A stretch of DNA of 64,000 nt from NCBI RefSeq assembly GCF_001194135.2, contig NC_068986.1, positions 9,308,710 through 9,372,709 of the forward strand, given 5' to 3'. Origin of the DNA: Octopus bimaculoides. Taxonomy: Eukaryota. Shown piece after piece: positions 63,662-64,000 of the stretch. The notes beneath the pieces were generated by a model. That model was not told where the DNA came from, ran no database searches, and was given only the letters and a program-made list of their open reading frames with translations. The translations under genes were made by a program, and so were the position numbers. Within the stretch, counting starts at the first letter, position 1. The number at the start of each line of letters is the position of its first letter.

Positions 63662-64000
63662 AACATCATCATCATCATCATCATCATCGTTTAACGTCCG
63701 CTTTCCATGCTAGCATGGGTTGGACGATTTGACTGAGGACTGGTGAAACCGGTTGGCAACACCAGGCTCCAGTCTGATTTGGCAGAGTTTCTACAGCTGG
63801 ATGCCCTTCCTAACGCCAACCACTCAGAGAGTGTAGTGGGTGCTTTTACGTGTCACCCACACGAAAACGGCCACGCTCGAAATGGTGTCTTTTATGTGCC
63901 ACCCGCACAAGCCAGTCCAGGGGCGCTGGCAACGATCTCGCTCGAAAATCCTACAGGAGCCAGTCAGGCGGTACTGGCAACGGCCACGCTCAAAATGGTG
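63662..64000 (-). mobile_element. Young RTE-related (GAT)n-tailed repeat, runs off the window
   Basis: (CAT)n followed by 'cgtttaacgtccgctttccatgctagcatgggttggacg...gctggatgcccttcctaacgccaacc', with CpGs intact. Confidence 0.8.

Overview
This is AT-rich eukaryotic DNA from a draft scaffold, with N-gaps at 201-210, 11281-12272, 13403-13630, 16455-16616, 34129-34232, 47319-47674 and 58871-59374, plus two tiny gaps near 14.6 and 21.9 kb. The mix of tRNA-headed SINEs, (GAT)n-tailed RTE-related repeats, TTAA MITEs and CA/TA microsatellites looks like an octopus genome; this is inference from repeat style, not a database match. There is no long intact protein-coding ORF, and nearly all ORFs in the supplied track are spurious (repeat, microsatellite or N-run). 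The window most plausibly holds the 5' part of a long-intron + strand gene. Support is a CpG-rich, SINE-poor promoter-like zone at about 6.6-11 kb, a candidate start-codon exon at 39451-39528 (MADTQE) and a candidate frame-preserving 15-nt microexon at 59830-59844. The most notable signal, absent from the ORF track, is three unrelated Penelope-like (PLE) insertions, each with an inverted terminal duplication and a type I hammerhead ribozyme core. They lie at 33343-33874 (12-bp TSD), about 45850-47318 (with RT-thumb, Cys-linker and GIY-YIG coding remnants) and 55653-55947 (13-bp TSD). Several other long fold-back structures also lie in the putative introns and could form dsRNA. Repeat boundaries without a TSD are approximate (tens of bp).
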